A stretch of 64,000 nt of DNA from Eledone cirrhosa (GCA_964016885.1 OZ024748.1:60140001-60204000), one strand, 5' to 3'. Shown: positions 30,891 to 45,929, counted from the stretch's first letter. Numbers and translations are program-made. Notes: generated by a model not told the origin, from the sequence alone.

Positions 30891-31385
30891 GGTAGAGCTG
30901 GTGATGGCGTTGGTGTTAGTATTGCTGTTGATTTTGGTGTTGGTGATGGTATTAGTGTTAGCATTGGTGTTGATTTTGGTGTTCATTTTGGTGTTGGTAT
31001 TTGTAATGGTGTTGGTATTGGTGCTGATGCTTGTGCTGGTGTTGGCATTGGTTTTGGTATTGGTGATGGTGTTGGTAATGATGTTAGGCTTGGTGTTGGT
31101 GTTGTTGATGGCGATGGTGTTGGTGATGTTGGTGATGGTATTGGTGATGGTGTTGGTGTTGGTATTGATGATGGTGATGGTGGTGGTGTTGGTAATGATG
31201 TTAGGCTTGGTGTTGGTGATGGTGATGACGTTGGTAATGATATTAGGCTTGGTGTTGGTGTTGGTATTAGTGATGGTGCTAGTGATGGTGTTGGTAATGA
31301 TGTTAGGCTTGGTGTTGGTGTTGGTGATGGTGATGGTGTTGGTGATGTTGGTGGTGGTGATGTTGGTGGTGGAGATGGTGGGTGA
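30891..31385. repeat. (GGT/GAT/GTT)n low-complexity tract after an S1 SINE tail (30858-30890)
   Basis: Direct observation; preceded by actggccttgtacctaaagtagaaa. Confidence 0.85.
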
Positions 31386-32343
31386 AATAGTGACAAATTA
31401 TATTTGCTTATTCTCAACAACAAACTTCGAAATCAAATCAAGTCGAAAACAAGTCAGATGGAATCAATAAGAAAACATTAGAACTTTCCTTAAGTTTCTC
31501 TTTAAAATATCAAGTAGAATTACATAACAATTCCGCCATTTTCTCCTAGCAGTCTCTCAACAGATTATACGATAAATCTGCCAATATCATTTGGCTACCC
31601 ACCTCACTTAGCTATAATATAAATTAGCTGCATCGGTTGTTCCCCCCTTCTTGTTTTATTTTGCCTTATATCCACCACAAAACTGTGTCGCCATTGGTTG
31701 ATAGTGATTTTACACTTGTATGTACACAAGGATTCTGTCAATTCTCCTTGCGAAAATTCATAAAGAACTGTTGACATTTTATTAATAATGTAGTGATATA
31801 AACAGATAGATTTACGTGTAAAGCTGGACAATTGTCATCATGAAGTATGTACTTGAAAATTGATATTAACTGCTAGATAGCTTGTTTTAGATCTCTCTAG
31901 AAATAAAAAAGCTCTTTAGAATCGTCGTTGAAAATGGCAACGTTATTCAGTTCAACTCGCCAAACATAGAAAGAAAAAAAAATACATATGCTACAAATAA
32001 TATCTAGCTTATTATAGCTAATACACAACTCATCATACACCGTCTACGTTTACATTTCGATGAGAGGAAGAAGAAAAACATAGAATTAACACGAAAGAGA
32101 ATAATATAAAACTATCAGGATCTTTCATAACCAAGGCCGAGTTCTATTTTGGCTGAAGAAGTGAGAAAGACAGACAATATATATTTCACTACATTTAGCA
32201 TGAATAATGTTTCTATGTAGAGCTAACTTTATTTATCTTTATTTCAAATGATGCGACACATTGGCAGAAACATTTTCATTTATTTCATTCTTCAGGAAAC
32301 GTCTCTATAATATATAATCACGAAAATGTCACGAGTACTGTGG

Positions 32344-32419
<76 letters not shown>

Positions 32420-32717
32420 GTGTGTGTATGTATATATATATATATTTATACATACATGTGTGTGTGTATGTGTGTATATATATATATATGTGTGTATGTA
32501 TGTATGTATGTGTCGATAATTAATGTACCTGACTGAAGTCCAGAAAAAGGAAGGAAATCTTTCATGGACACTGTTCTTCCTACCAAATAAGCTATCTCTC
32601 TCTCACCCTCCCGCCTTCTCTCTCCTCCGTTCTCCCCCTCTCTCTCTCCCTCTCTCTATATATGTAGCGATATGCGAAGGTCCGATATAGATGTTGATAT
32701 TTCCTTTATTCATAAAG

Positions 32718-32795
32718 TTGTGATACACATTTCAATGGCGTCCGTGGCTTGAGTTATTTCGACCACGCAACAGGTAACACGATATCATCAGCCAA
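32718..32795 (-). ncRNA. Hammerhead in PLE-like island 32664-33033
   Basis: ttgg-CTGATGA-tatcgt..acgccatt-GAAA-tgtgta-TC-acaa, then AATAAA; same layout as 23595 HHR. Confidence 0.68.
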
Positions 32796-33031
32796 GAGAA
32801 TGGACCGATAAGGTGTTTTCTCTACCGAGGTCCATTCACTATCGAGGTCCAGGTTAAATGAATAAGGGGATTATAAACATCTTCATCGAACCTTAGCATA
32901 TATCCTTATTGTCCATATAATTCGTTAATCCAAAACGTAGAATATTTGGAAGAAAACATATGGGGTTGAGTCCTTAAACCTAATTGCATCATCATTCATT
33001 GATCGTGTGTTGCATACGCAACCGAGATTTG

Positions 33032-33700
<669 letters not shown>

Positions 33701-33740
33701 TGTGTGTGTGTATATATATATATATATATACGTTTTGTTT

Positions 33741-33779
<39 letters not shown>

Positions 33780-34072
33780 GTGGGTGTTTGTTCTTCTTTG
33801 ACATTATTATGGCACAAAACTACTTAAAAATTTGATCTCACAGTTGGATAGTTCTAACATTCCAGTATTAAGAAATATTCCTCTGCCAGTGTCTCAGAAA
33901 ATCTTCCTACAACCGCATTTTCTAAAAATTTCTTCGCGAAACTTCGTTTAACAAGGTATTGAAACAAACAAAAGTATTTGCGTGGAATCCTAGTTATAAT
34001 ATTGTTGGGTGTTTTTTTATTTGTATCATGTAATAGTGGTTTAAAGTCGTATCACATATGGCATAGCTTCAC

Positions 34073-34198
34073 GAAGAAGAAGAAGAAGAAGAAGAAGAAG
34101 AAGAAGAAGAAGAAGAAGAAGAAGAAGAAGAAGAAGAAGAAGAAGAAGAAGAAGAAGAAGAAGAAGAAGAAGAAGAAGAAGAAGAAGAAGAAGAAGAA
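34073..34198. repeat. (AAG)n microsatellite
   Basis: Direct observation. Confidence 0.98.
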
Positions 34199-34573
34199 AA
34201 CGAACATCAACAGCAACAAAACGAAGAAGGACATAAAAATGGAAGCCACCGAAGCAGTAACTGTAAACATATAACGGAAGTGTGGAGTGATTCTTACGTA
34301 CGTAATCTAGAAGGAATCTTTGGGACGATTCTTAAGAATTGGTCAACCCTGAAAAATTATTTCCCAACGAATCCCTCATCTGTAAAAGAGAATGTAATAT
34401 TACCCATATTTATTTCAGAAAAAGGTGTTTATTGCAAAGGTAGGTATAGATGAATATTTAAAGGTATACATAAGAAAATATATAAATAAATCTTTCTATT
34501 TATCTGCCTTCCTATCTATCAATCTGCCAAAATATTGGAATACATAAGCATATATAGACATATGTACGAATGC

Positions 34574-34631
<58 letters not shown>

Positions 34632-34989
34632 CATATGTCTGTGTGTGTGCATAGATACATGTTCATAAAGGCGAAAATATTTAGGAGTGATGAATCTTTA
34701 CAGGCTTCCAAACATTTATATAAAACTATATTATCAATGTTCTGCATTATTTTTTTATTGATAGTATTCGTATATATTATTTTATATTTTCATATATATG
34801 TACGCATGTATACGTAGATATAAACATACACGCATAAGGAATACGCATTTTATATATAATCTTACGAATCCATATATATATATATTTATACACATTTATT
34901 TTATATGCATTGGTAGGCATTTATGTGTACTAACTGAGATAAAATGTATTAAATGCAATAACTGTGTAACAATTAAAGTTCCATTATAC

Positions 34990-35080
<91 letters not shown>

Positions 35081-35087
35081 GAGAGAT

Positions 35088-35160
35088 TTGCGGTTATTTC
35101 AAGCGTAACCCTAATATATTCCTTCCATATAATATACCGATTGTGTTGTTATTTCTGTTA

Positions 35161-35166
<6 letters not shown>
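35088..35166 (+). mobile_element. Family C 3' fragment
   Basis: Reverse-complement match to 33521-33598. Confidence 0.75.
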
Positions 35167-35200
<34 letters not shown>

Positions 35201-35515
35201 TGTGTGCGTGTGTGTGTGTGTGTGTGTATTTTATAATGTATATATATCAATGATGTGCATATATTTATATACATAATATATATACACTTAAATCTATCCA
35301 GATATATGTAAAAGAAAAATAACAAATGTACTTAGACACATTCTCGGCTATGAAGACTGATGTAAACAGAGATTGAACAGAAGTATGACAGAGAGAGAGA
35401 GACAGAGGTGAAAGGAGAGAGGGAGAGGGGATAAACAGACGGGGAGGTGTTAGAGGACAAAGAGAGAGAAAGAGAGAGAGAGAGAGGTGAAATAGAGGGA
35501 GGAGATCAGAGAAAG

Positions 35516-35729
35516 GAGTCGATCGACTTTCGTCAAATCGGACCGAGGAAACAATGTTTCCGTTGGTCTTTCCAATTGCTGATACTATCTATCGGTCACA
35601 ACCCCAGGTAGAAGGAGCAACCTGAAATAAAATGTCTTACTCAAGGACATAATGCATCGAACGGTCCAGGAATCGAACTGACAACCTCGCGATTTCGAAT
35701 CCAGTTCTCTAACCAATGAGCCGCACTCA
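35516..35729 (-). mobile_element. tRNA-derived SINE, family S2
   Basis: tgtcttactcaaggacataatgc and ggaatcgaact (B box on minus); homologous to 54975-55178. Confidence 0.8.
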
Positions 35730-36127
35730 TTCACAAAGATGAGAGAAAAAGACAGTTTTCAGAGAGGCAGAGAGAAAAGCGAGAGGAGAGAGGTAGGAAG
35801 AGATAGATAGACAGTTAGATAATATAAGACAGAGAGAGTGGTGTGGAGAAAGAAATAGTTAAATGACCACGTGGAATTTAAAGATGGTTTTGGCACGAAA
35901 AGTAGATTCAATAGAACCGTAGATGAAATATCAGGAAAGATTGTTCAATTGGCACCATCCATATATCCAATGTTAGAATCTCTTTTATTTAGATTTCAGA
36001 AGAGAATTGAGTTCTTCTAAACTTTAGAAATTTTAATTAATTAGCATCAATGGATGCATTGAATACATTTCTTCTATCTATCTATGAATATGAGTATATA
36101 TAAATATATATATTTATATGCGCGCGC

Positions 36128-36167
<40 letters not shown>

Positions 36168-36317
36168 GTGTGTGTGTGTAGAGAGAGAGAGAGAAATACG
36201 AATGTATGTAAATATACATATGTGTATATATATATATATATGTATCTATCTAACTATCTCTCTCTTTATATATATATATATATATGTGTGTGTGTTTATA
36301 TACATATAAATACATAA

Positions 36318-36366
<49 letters not shown>

Positions 36367-36578
36367 CATAAATACATACATAAATACATACATACATAAA
36401 ACATTCTTGCGATTCAAGGGATGACAATTTCTTTTCTTTTACAACCTTGCCACCATGAAGTGGCCGGTCAAAAAAAATATACTCGAAATTAAGAGAAAGA
36501 GATATACATATATATATAGATACATATACACACATACATACATAAATACATACATATATATATACATATCTCGGTCTC

Positions 36579-36641
<63 letters not shown>

Positions 36642-36772
36642 GTATACATATATATGTATAGCGTTACATAACGCAATTACAGGAATAGAACCGTATATCT
36701 AACAAAAAGATGAAATCAAATTTCACGGCTTAGATTTACAGATCAATAGAAAATCGAATGTTACGTATATTA

Positions 36773-36871
<99 letters not shown>

Positions 36872-36953
36872 TATATATTATTCCAAGTCAAATAGGATAA
36901 TGTAATAAACTGGGATTTATACGTGATACCGTCTCTATTCTATTCATTATATC

Positions 36954-37056
36954 TCGCCGAGGTTAACTTTGCCTCTCATCCTTACGGGGTCGATAACATA
37001 AAGTGCCAGTAATATACTGCTAATTGCTGGCCTTGTGCCAAAAGTAGAAACAATTA
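36954..37056 (+). mobile_element. S1 SINE 3' half
   Basis: S1 core and tail. Confidence 0.85.
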
Positions 37057-37071
37057 TATATATGTATGTAT

Positions 37072-37114
37072 TACGAGCTGAGGATCCGCTAAGGTGAAAC
37101 AATTGTTCTCGGTA
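37072..37114 (+). ncRNA. Minimal type I hammerhead heading a PLE-like island (37070-37212)
   Basis: tacgag-CTGAGGA-t-cc-gctaa-gg-t-GAAA-caattg-TT-ctcggta. Confidence 0.82.
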
Positions 37115-37551
37115 TGGTGAACTAACTGTTGTGTAACCACTTCTACCTAACTCGTCCCATGGACTGAGTGCTCTACCACCACGGATATTACCTTCCAGTG
37201 TTCTACCACTATGTATGTATATATGTATGTGTATATGTGTGTGTGTGTCAATGTCTGCGCGTCAGTGTCGAGGAATTTGGTGCAGAATATCCAACGTTGG
37301 TAGACAACTCAAACCGCGGAATAAGTTGTGGTATACAGATATTTAATGCAATAAACGTGCTGGTCCAAACATTTCTTTGCCTGTCTAAGGCAGACATATC
37401 TGATCTATGGCTCAAATACCCAGCTTTTATTGACCCTAATTAGCGACTATTGGTGACAATATCAGCTACAGATTGGGAGCCTCAGTCAGAAATATCTCTA
37501 GTAGGACCCCAAATAAATTCATTTTGATGTTGGTTATCTATCTATCTACCT

Positions 37552-39280
37552 ATAATAATAATAATAATGAAATATTGTGTACACTGCTCAGGTGCACTAC
37601 AACTCATCAAAAAGTGTATGTATAGTACATAGGGTAATGTACAAACGTCAGGAAAAGGAACAGTGCATGAGTCATGATACACACATGTGTGCATGTGTAT
37701 GGAAGGGGTACATCAGGTGTAGTTTTGGCGTATTTCGGGAAGCATGAGTGTCTTAAAGGATGCAGTGTCTCGACAGCTAACATCTGACGCAGGCAGTTTG
37801 TTCCATGCTTCAGCAACTCTGAGCGTGAAAAAATGTCTACGAAAGTCATGGGAGCTGTGCTGTTTTCTGATTTTGCAGGCATGTCCACGTGTGTTAGACA
37901 CATGGAGATCAAAAAGGTGCTCAGGGTTGTTGTTGGCGAGATGGTTAATAACTTTGTGGGTATTTACCAAGTCCATTGTCAGACGTCGGAGCTTCAATGA
38001 ATCCATGCCCAGGGAAGCAAGGCGTTCAGAGTATGGTAGGTGTCCGATGGAGGGTATGCGCTTGGTTGCACGTCTCTGAACAGTTTCCAGGCGGTCAATG
38101 TTCTGAGCAAGATAGGGATTCCAGACTGATGATGCGAATTCCAAGTGTGGTCGTACCATAGCTGTATACAGTTTTAAATAGATGGCTGGAGAGCGGCTAA
38201 CAAAGGTCTTGCTGAGTGATGCCAAGACACCCTCGGCCTTCTTGACAATCTTAGAGACATGCTTTGTTCAACGCAAATCGCTGCTGACAGTAATGCCCAG
38301 GTCACGTTCACAAGAGGACTTCTTGATATCAGTGTTGTGGAGGGAGTATGTGGATGCTGGATTTTTCCTCCCAAAATGCATGGTGGTACACTTGTCCACA
38401 GCCAGCTTCAGTTGGCAGTCTGTGATCCATTGCTGCATTGTGTCCAGGTCTGATTGTAGGAAAGTGTTGTAGATTTCAGGATCAGTCCTTTTAAGTTCAA
38501 GGTACAGCTTGATGTAATCTGCATATTTCAGTACCGTGGCATTCTGCAAGTTGGCATCTATGTCATTAATATATGCCACAAACAAAAGGGGACCAAGAAC
38601 AGATCCCTGTGGTACACCAAATGACATCTCATATGGTGAAGAATGCTGTCCTAGAACCGTGACTACCTCTTTTCGGCTGAGAATGAAGGATTTCAACCAG
38701 TCGAAAATATCATCCCTCACACCCATTGCAGAGAGTTTTGCCATAAGTCTTTTGTGTGGCACAGAATTAAAAGCTTTAGCAAAGTCAAGGTAAACAACAT
38801 TCACCCATGAGCCGCTGTCAGTGATCCGGGTGATGTCTTCAATGAACTCGATAAGCTGGAGTTAGGGATAAATCCAAACTGTACGGGCCGGATGAGGTTG
38901 TGAGAGCTCCAGAAGTTCCAAAGTGTTTCTCTGACACAGGATTCCATCAGTTTGGCCATACAGCTAGTAAGACTGACTGGACGATAGTTGACAGGTGACA
39001 TGCGGTTGCTCTTTTTGAACAGGGGAATGACACTGGCAGTTTTCCACTGCTCCGGAGTAGCACCATTGTTGAGACAGTATTGAAAGAAGAAAGAAAGCTG
39101 GCGCAAAAGGAAATACCCGCCACGTTTGAGAAGCAGGTATGTAACACCATCAAGTCCAGGGGAGACATAGTTGCGCTTATTCTTAAGGTGACGTCGCAAC
39201 ATTGCAGGTGTAAATTCCATAGTTGTTATGGAATTTGATGTTAGAGATGGTGGAGATGGTACATTCTGGTTTTCAACAGT
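37552..39280 (-). pseudogene. 5'-truncated CR1/L2-clade LINE, reverse transcriptase region
   Basis: NYRPVSL, YLDFAKAFNSVPH, GVPQGSVLGPLLF, YADY (dead YADD), ERDLGI, VRPHLEFASSVW; frameshift near 38800-38870, stop at 38268; (TTA)n tail. Confidence 0.95.
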
Positions 39281-40128
39281 AAAAATACATCTATCTATAC
39301 ATCTATTTATCCATCTATGTATCTATCTATTTATCCCTCTATGTATCTATATATTTATCCATCTATATATCTATTTATCTATCCATCTATCTACCTATCT
39401 ATACACGTATCTATCTCTATATATACGTATCTGCCGATCTATATACTTTGTATGTATGTACGAAAATAAGCAAACATGACAGTCAAATACTTAAATGTGA
39501 ACGTAGATACACTTAGAACTAACGCAAAGTAATCATTGAATGTCTCTATACGTAAAGAATACACTCCGAAAACAAAGCCAATAATATACAAACCACCCAA
39601 GGGATAAGACCATGGAATGCCAAACTCATGAATAATACACCTATTAAAACAAAACCAATTACATTCCAAATACCTATATTAGAACTAAGACAACATCCAT
39701 AATTCCTACCTCAAACATCATCCATACTTTCTGACTCAAACTCTGTAAAACCGCTCTAAATATTGAGTATGGGAAAGTCAGACATTTTCCAATTATATAT
39801 AAAGTCTACCATTCTCTCGCAAACAAACAAATGAAACTATCTCATACTACAGTGAAGAGAAATAAGTTCAACTGGTTTGAACTGAAGGATCTTCTGTTTC
39901 GTTTATATATAACTATACATAAAATATGAAATCAGATGAAGAAAAACGAGTTGTATGCGTCTATAAATGTTGGGGATTATGTGTGTATGAGTGAATATGA
40001 GAATGAGTATGTGTAAGTGTTTGTGTGTGTGTGTGTGTGTTCCTGTATCAGTATTCGTATGTATGCACGTAGGTATTTATTTATTTGTGTTTGTATTACT
40101 TTTGTATGTGTGTGTATATATATGTATG

Positions 40129-40330
40129 TAAAAGGTAAACAGAAATAACAACACAATCGTTACAGTATATGGAAGGAATATATTAGGTTAACGCTTGATA
40201 TAACAGGAAGAGGGTCTTAACGTTTCGGACGCTAGTCCTTCATCAGAAGAAAGAATGAGAAATAAAATAGATTGAGGAAACGGGCGGGATGGAATTGGAC
40301 AAAAATGTCTTTAGATAAAAATAACAGGTC
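40129..40330 (-). mobile_element. Family C PLE end
   Basis: Homologous to 33521 and 56360 copies. Confidence 0.85.
40215..40250 (-). ncRNA. Minimal type I hammerhead (family C)
   Basis: tctt-CTGATGA-a-ggac-tagc-gtcc-GAAA-cg-TT-aaga. Confidence 0.85.
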
Positions 40331-40484
40331 CATTCATGTTGACATCTCTTGCAAAATTGTTGGTGCTGGCGTTTTGTGTATGATTTATTTTTTAGAAAAG
40401 TGGATGATGGAACGCTATATACCTTCTTACTATAATGATCGTTTTGTTTCAAATTGTTTCTGCTCCACATTTGAAAAGAGGATC

Positions 40485-40626
40485 TTAGCCCTGAAATATA
40501 AAACATAATTTGTATTGTTTTTATTTGTTATAATTTCCCTCATTATATTTTTCTACCATACTATACCAACTTTTCGAAATTTACGGTCTTTAATTACGTA
40601 CCTGCCCAGGTTTATATGTATTTGTT

Positions 40627-40680
<54 letters not shown>

Positions 40681-41362
40681 GGTTTTTATGTGTACTTGTG
40701 AGTATATTTCTGCGTGCATAGATATCAATACTTCTACACACCAAACTATATAAATACAAACGTTCGTCTGCATTTCGGTAAAATTTGTAAAAGTTTCTGT
40801 TAAAAGTTTTTGTAAGAGAGCATTGGGCGATTTCGCTTATCGCACCGGGTGATGTGTTGTGTACTTGAGCAAGACACTCTATTTCACGTTGCTCCAGTTT
40901 ACTCGGCTGTAGAAATGAGTTGCGAGCCTACCAAATCAATGGGTGACAGTAGTTCCAGCTGCACGCATCGAAAGACTGTTGTAGTGTTTCTGAGAACAAT
41001 GCAGCTTTGCGGATGATCAATGCAAATTGACAATGGAAAGGCGCTCCCACTCGAGTTAGAAGTGAAAGTATTGACGTTCAGGAGAAGCAGCGATCCCTGA
41101 TTGTATTCAGCAACCGAAACATATGAAGTACGTCAAATCCAATGCTCCTTAGGGGTGGCCCTGGTTCTTATTTGCGAGTGTAAACTCGGCCAGATTAGAT
41201 TAGATTAGATACTTTGTTTTGTAATATTTGTAATCATCTGCTCATTATATTTCTCTACCGTATTGGGCCAGCTTTATGAAACTTATCTGTCTTTTACATC
41301 GTATCTACTAATGTTTGTATATACCTAATTTTTGTGATTTTTTTGTGTATTTATGAGTAAGT

Positions 41363-41420
<58 letters not shown>

Positions 41421-41845
41421 CTACACACCAAACTATAAAAATACAAACATTCTTCTGAAATTCGGTTAAATTTATAAAAGTTTTGAACTGTTTCAACTCT
41501 ACATTTAATAAGGGAGTTTTAGCCCTGAAATATAACACATTACTTTGTTTTGTTATATTTTTCATCATCTTCTCATTATATTTCTCTTCCGTATTGCGGC
41601 AGCGTTTTGAAACTTATCGGTCTTTTACTACGTATCCTCTCACGTTTGTGTATATATAATTTTTGTATTTTTTAAGTGTATTTATGAGTATGTTTCTGTA
41701 TATATATATATATATATAAAATATATATATATATATATATATATATAGTTTTTTATTTTGTATGTATCAGTATTTCTACACACCAACCTACATAAATACA
41801 AAAATTCTTCTGAATTTCGGTTAAATTCGTACAAGTTTCTGTTTG
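40485..41845. repeat. Three diverged tandem units of about 300-330 bp, each containing a TA tract
   Basis: Units near 40485, 41210, 41518 share ctcattatatttctct and ttctacacaccaaactata. Confidence 0.8.
40823..41209 (+). mobile_element. S2-type SINE with (ATTAG)n tail
   Basis: gtgtacttgagcaagacact central motif; ends agattagattagattaga. Confidence 0.7.
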
Positions 41846-42259
41846 TGTTTTGGTAATCTTAGCCAGTTAGTTCAATTGAGTGGAATTGTCACTCACTTGG
41901 CACAACATGTCATAGAAAACTATTATTTGGCTGCTAGTTTAACGTCAGACATCATAGAATCTCATGAGAGAGGATTTAAAGACTTAACTGGCCGTTACCT
42001 GAAGCATGTCTACTTCACTAGAAATCATGAAAACAACATTACATTGACTTGCTATACCTTTTCATTCAGATTCTCACAACAGCTCTCACTGCCACTCACT
42101 ACCTCCCATATCTGCCGTTCCCTCCACCTTTCTCTATATCTCTGCCTCTCTCTCTATCTCTCTCTAATTCCTGTTACTCAGTCTTCCATAGTTACTTGTA
42201 TCATGTATTATTCTCCTATAACATACATGATCATTCCCTGTTTACATACACACACACAC

Positions 42260-42294
<35 letters not shown>

Positions 42295-42296
42295 TT

Positions 42297-42341
<45 letters not shown>

Positions 42342-42353
42342 ATATTTATTTAT

Positions 42354-42539
<186 letters not shown>

Positions 42540-42906
42540 ATATATAATGTATTTTGCAATACACTTTATGCTTAATTAAAAGCATTTTGAAGACCGTAAG
42601 CTATTGTTTTAAAGTAGTGACAAATTCACTTACTTTGATCTCAGCAAACAGGGGATATAAGCCGACAAAGCCTTGTTTCGCTTTGGTTGAAGTTTATCAA
42701 GGATAACTACCCCTCCTGTCTACCGAGATCACTGATGTTATATTCTTATAGAAATCTAGTAAATAATCAGGTGCTGATTATGCAGAGCGGTTGTTGGTCA
42801 GGCAGAAATTAAAAATTAGAATTGGAGCTCTGAAATAGCAATATATATATGGATCTATATATAATGTATTTTGCAATACACTTTATGCTTAATTAAAAGC
42901 ATTTTG

Positions 42907-43291
<385 letters not shown>

Positions 43292-43412
43292 GTACTTATT
43301 CATATATATACATTAATATATGCAAATATATATGTAGATATATAAAGACATATATGTATACACATGTATATATGTATATTAATATATGTAGATACAGATG
43401 TAGATATATAGA

Positions 43413-43479
<67 letters not shown>

Positions 43480-43592
43480 GCATATACACATATATATATA
43501 TATATGCATATACACATATATACATATCTTTTCTTTCCCTCTCTCTCTCTGACTACACACACACACATACACACACACATATATATATGCAT

Positions 43593-43696
<104 letters not shown>

Positions 43697-44037
43697 GAAC
43701 ATATATATTCAATTGGTCAATACATTGCAAATGCGTGCAGTGTAAAGTATACGTATGACTAAAACAGTATAAAGCAGCAACAATGGATAAAATCTTATCA
43801 AATGGACATTATAGTGAATAATGGCTTTGGAATACAAAAGATGACAATAGACACAGCATCTCACATATTTCTGTGTATGTATAAACATAACTAATTGATA
43901 CAGTTTAACAGTTTAACTATTTACTACCGGTGTCACACGAGAGATGGGGAGATGAAGAGAGATGGAAGTAGTGACAGTGAGAGTTTGGTTCATTTGTGGT
44001 CGGGCTTGGTGTATAAATATATATATATATATATATA

Positions 44038-44554
44038 TTTCGTTTCTGAATAGACGCAATGTTTAGACAAATCACAGAGGCAATAAACATAAATGAACTC
44101 CAACCAAAACTAAATAGAAAACATGAATGGAACAGCAACATCACAACTTACAATTAAGGACAAAATGAAAACACAAACACACACATAGAACAAACAACCA
44201 ACCAGTAACATGTAAATAAACAAATAAATAAACAAATACAAATATAAACACACAGACACCCGGATGTAACACATGCGCAAACTAAGCGCACAACACACAG
44301 AAAATCAAGATGGCGTAGGACAGAACAAAGGAGAGGCACAAACACAAAGAAAAAGAATCCCCAGTCACTGAAGAGGTCTCAGAATGTGTGACGAAAGAAC
44401 TTTGACAATATATGAACAATCGACTGGTTGTAGAACCAATCAACCAACCGGAAATTTATAAATTCCTAAATTTATAAATTTAATTTATAATAAATTGAAG
44501 TAACAGCAACTGGTGCGTGTGTTTCGTATTGGCAACATGACTCTTCCAAAGCAT

Positions 44555-44560
<6 letters not shown>
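44038..44560 (+). mobile_element. Family B PLE: GIY-YIG C-terminus, hammerhead (44364-44406), short inverted tail at 5' end
   Basis: 44053-44157 encodes [34 protein letters not shown]; starts tttcgtttctgaat. Confidence 0.9.
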
Positions 44561-44596
<36 letters not shown>

Positions 44597-44598
<2 letters not shown>

Positions 44599-44665
44599 AT
44601 ATTAAATAAATGGAAACTATATTTATAAAACCATATTTATTCTATTATATATATTTCAAGGGTAC
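44597..44665 (-). mobile_element. Family D fragment
   Basis: Matches 51291-51356. Confidence 0.75.
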
Positions 44666-44701
44666 CAGAAAGAATACGAAGTGTGTTTTATATATATATA
44701 T

Positions 44702-44790
44702 CTGTCCAGAAATAGCCGTCGACACGGCTTGAGCTCTGCCGTCATACTTTTTCTTATGTATATATATATATGGGGTCATACTTTTTCTTA
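44702..44790 (+). mobile_element. Family A arm fragments
   Basis: gtccagaaatagccgtcgacacggcttgagctctgccgtc; gtcatactttttcttat occurs twice. Confidence 0.7.
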
Positions 44791-45089
44791 TGTATATATA
44801 TATATCCGTGTATTTAAATATGATTTTTTTATGTATGTCTTGTTAAACATTTACACGGAGAAGCCCTCACAACGGTTAAATTCCTTTATTTTCGAACTCC
44901 TTTATTGTTACTCTGCTAACGAACTAACCAATTCACCCTAAAAAATTATTCTGAATAACAAATAGCTCTAACAATAACAAATAAAACAAAAAAGAGAAAC
45001 AAACAGCAATACTACTACTAATAAATATATTATTGTTGTCAGCATCGTTGTTGTTATTGTTAGTATTATTGCAGTTATTATTACTATCG

Positions 45090-45168
45090 CTACGGGGTCG
45101 ATAAAATAAAGTACCAGTAATGTACGGGTTAATAGTTGGCCTTGTGCGAAAAGTAGAACCAATTATTA
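45090..45168 (+). mobile_element. S1 SINE tail
   Basis: tacggggtcgataaaataaagtacc..aaagtagaaccaatt. Confidence 0.8.
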
Positions 45169-45171
45169 CTA

Positions 45172-45535
45172 CAGATGATAATGATGATCGTGATGATGAT
45201 AATGATAATGATGATGACGACGATGACTATGGTAATAATGATGATGCGGATGATAATGAGGATGATAATGATAATGTTGATGAGGATGATGATGATAACG
45301 ATGTTGATGATAAAAATGATGAGGATGAAATTAACGACGAAGAAGACGTCGACGATGGTGATGAAAATGATGATGAAAATGATGATGATGATGATGAAAA
45401 CGGTGATGATGAAAATGATGATGAAAATGATGATGATGATGATGAAAACGGTGATGATGAAAATGATGATGATGATGGTAAACATGATGATGATGATGAT
45501 GAAGATGACGACGATGATGATAAAGGTGGTGATAA
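45172..45535. repeat. (GAT)n-rich tract
   Basis: Direct observation. Confidence 0.9.
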
Positions 45536-45540
45536 ATATA

Positions 45541-45726
45541 ATAGTTTCTACTTTTGGCAAAAGACCAGCAATGAACCAGTGTATTACTGGTACTTTATCT
45601 TATCGATCCGGTAAGGATGAAAGGCAAAGTTAATCTCGACGGGATTTGAACTCAGACCGTAAAGGGCCGTAACTATGCTGGAAAGCATGGCGTCCGACCC
45701 TCTACCGATACTGCCAATCCACCGCC
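45541..45726 (-). mobile_element. S1 SINE
   Basis: Full-length reverse-complement match. Confidence 0.9.
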
Positions 45727-45744
45727 ATAGATGATGATAAATAT

Positions 45745-45929
45745 AATTGATTTTACTTTCGGTACAAGGCCAGCAATTACCAGTACATTACTGGTACGTT
45801 ATTTTATCGACCCGGTAAGAATGAAAGGCTAAGTTAACCTCGGCGGGATTTGAATTCAGAATGGCAAGGGCCGTAACTCTATGCGTCAAAAGCATGGCGT
45901 CCGACCCTCTACCGATACTGCCAATTCAC
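45745..45929 (-). mobile_element. S1 SINE (second subfamily)
   Basis: agaatggcaagggccgtaact variant as in 4267 and 26569. Confidence 0.9.

Noticed and set aside
30846-31470. Gly/Val/Asp-rich or Pro/Thr-rich structural protein ORFs
   Set aside because: Starts inside a SINE tail; open in several frames because of trinucleotide repeats
33978-34274. Signal-peptide plus poly-Lys ORF
   Set aside because: (AAG)n microsatellite; non-ATG start
41995-42035. CTGAAGCA..GAAA hammerhead-like motif
   Set aside because: Core is not CTGANGA, helices unconvincing, not in a TA-flanked island
45120-45614. Asp-rich biomineralisation-like ORF
   Set aside because: Both ends lie within SINEs and the middle is a (GAT)n tract
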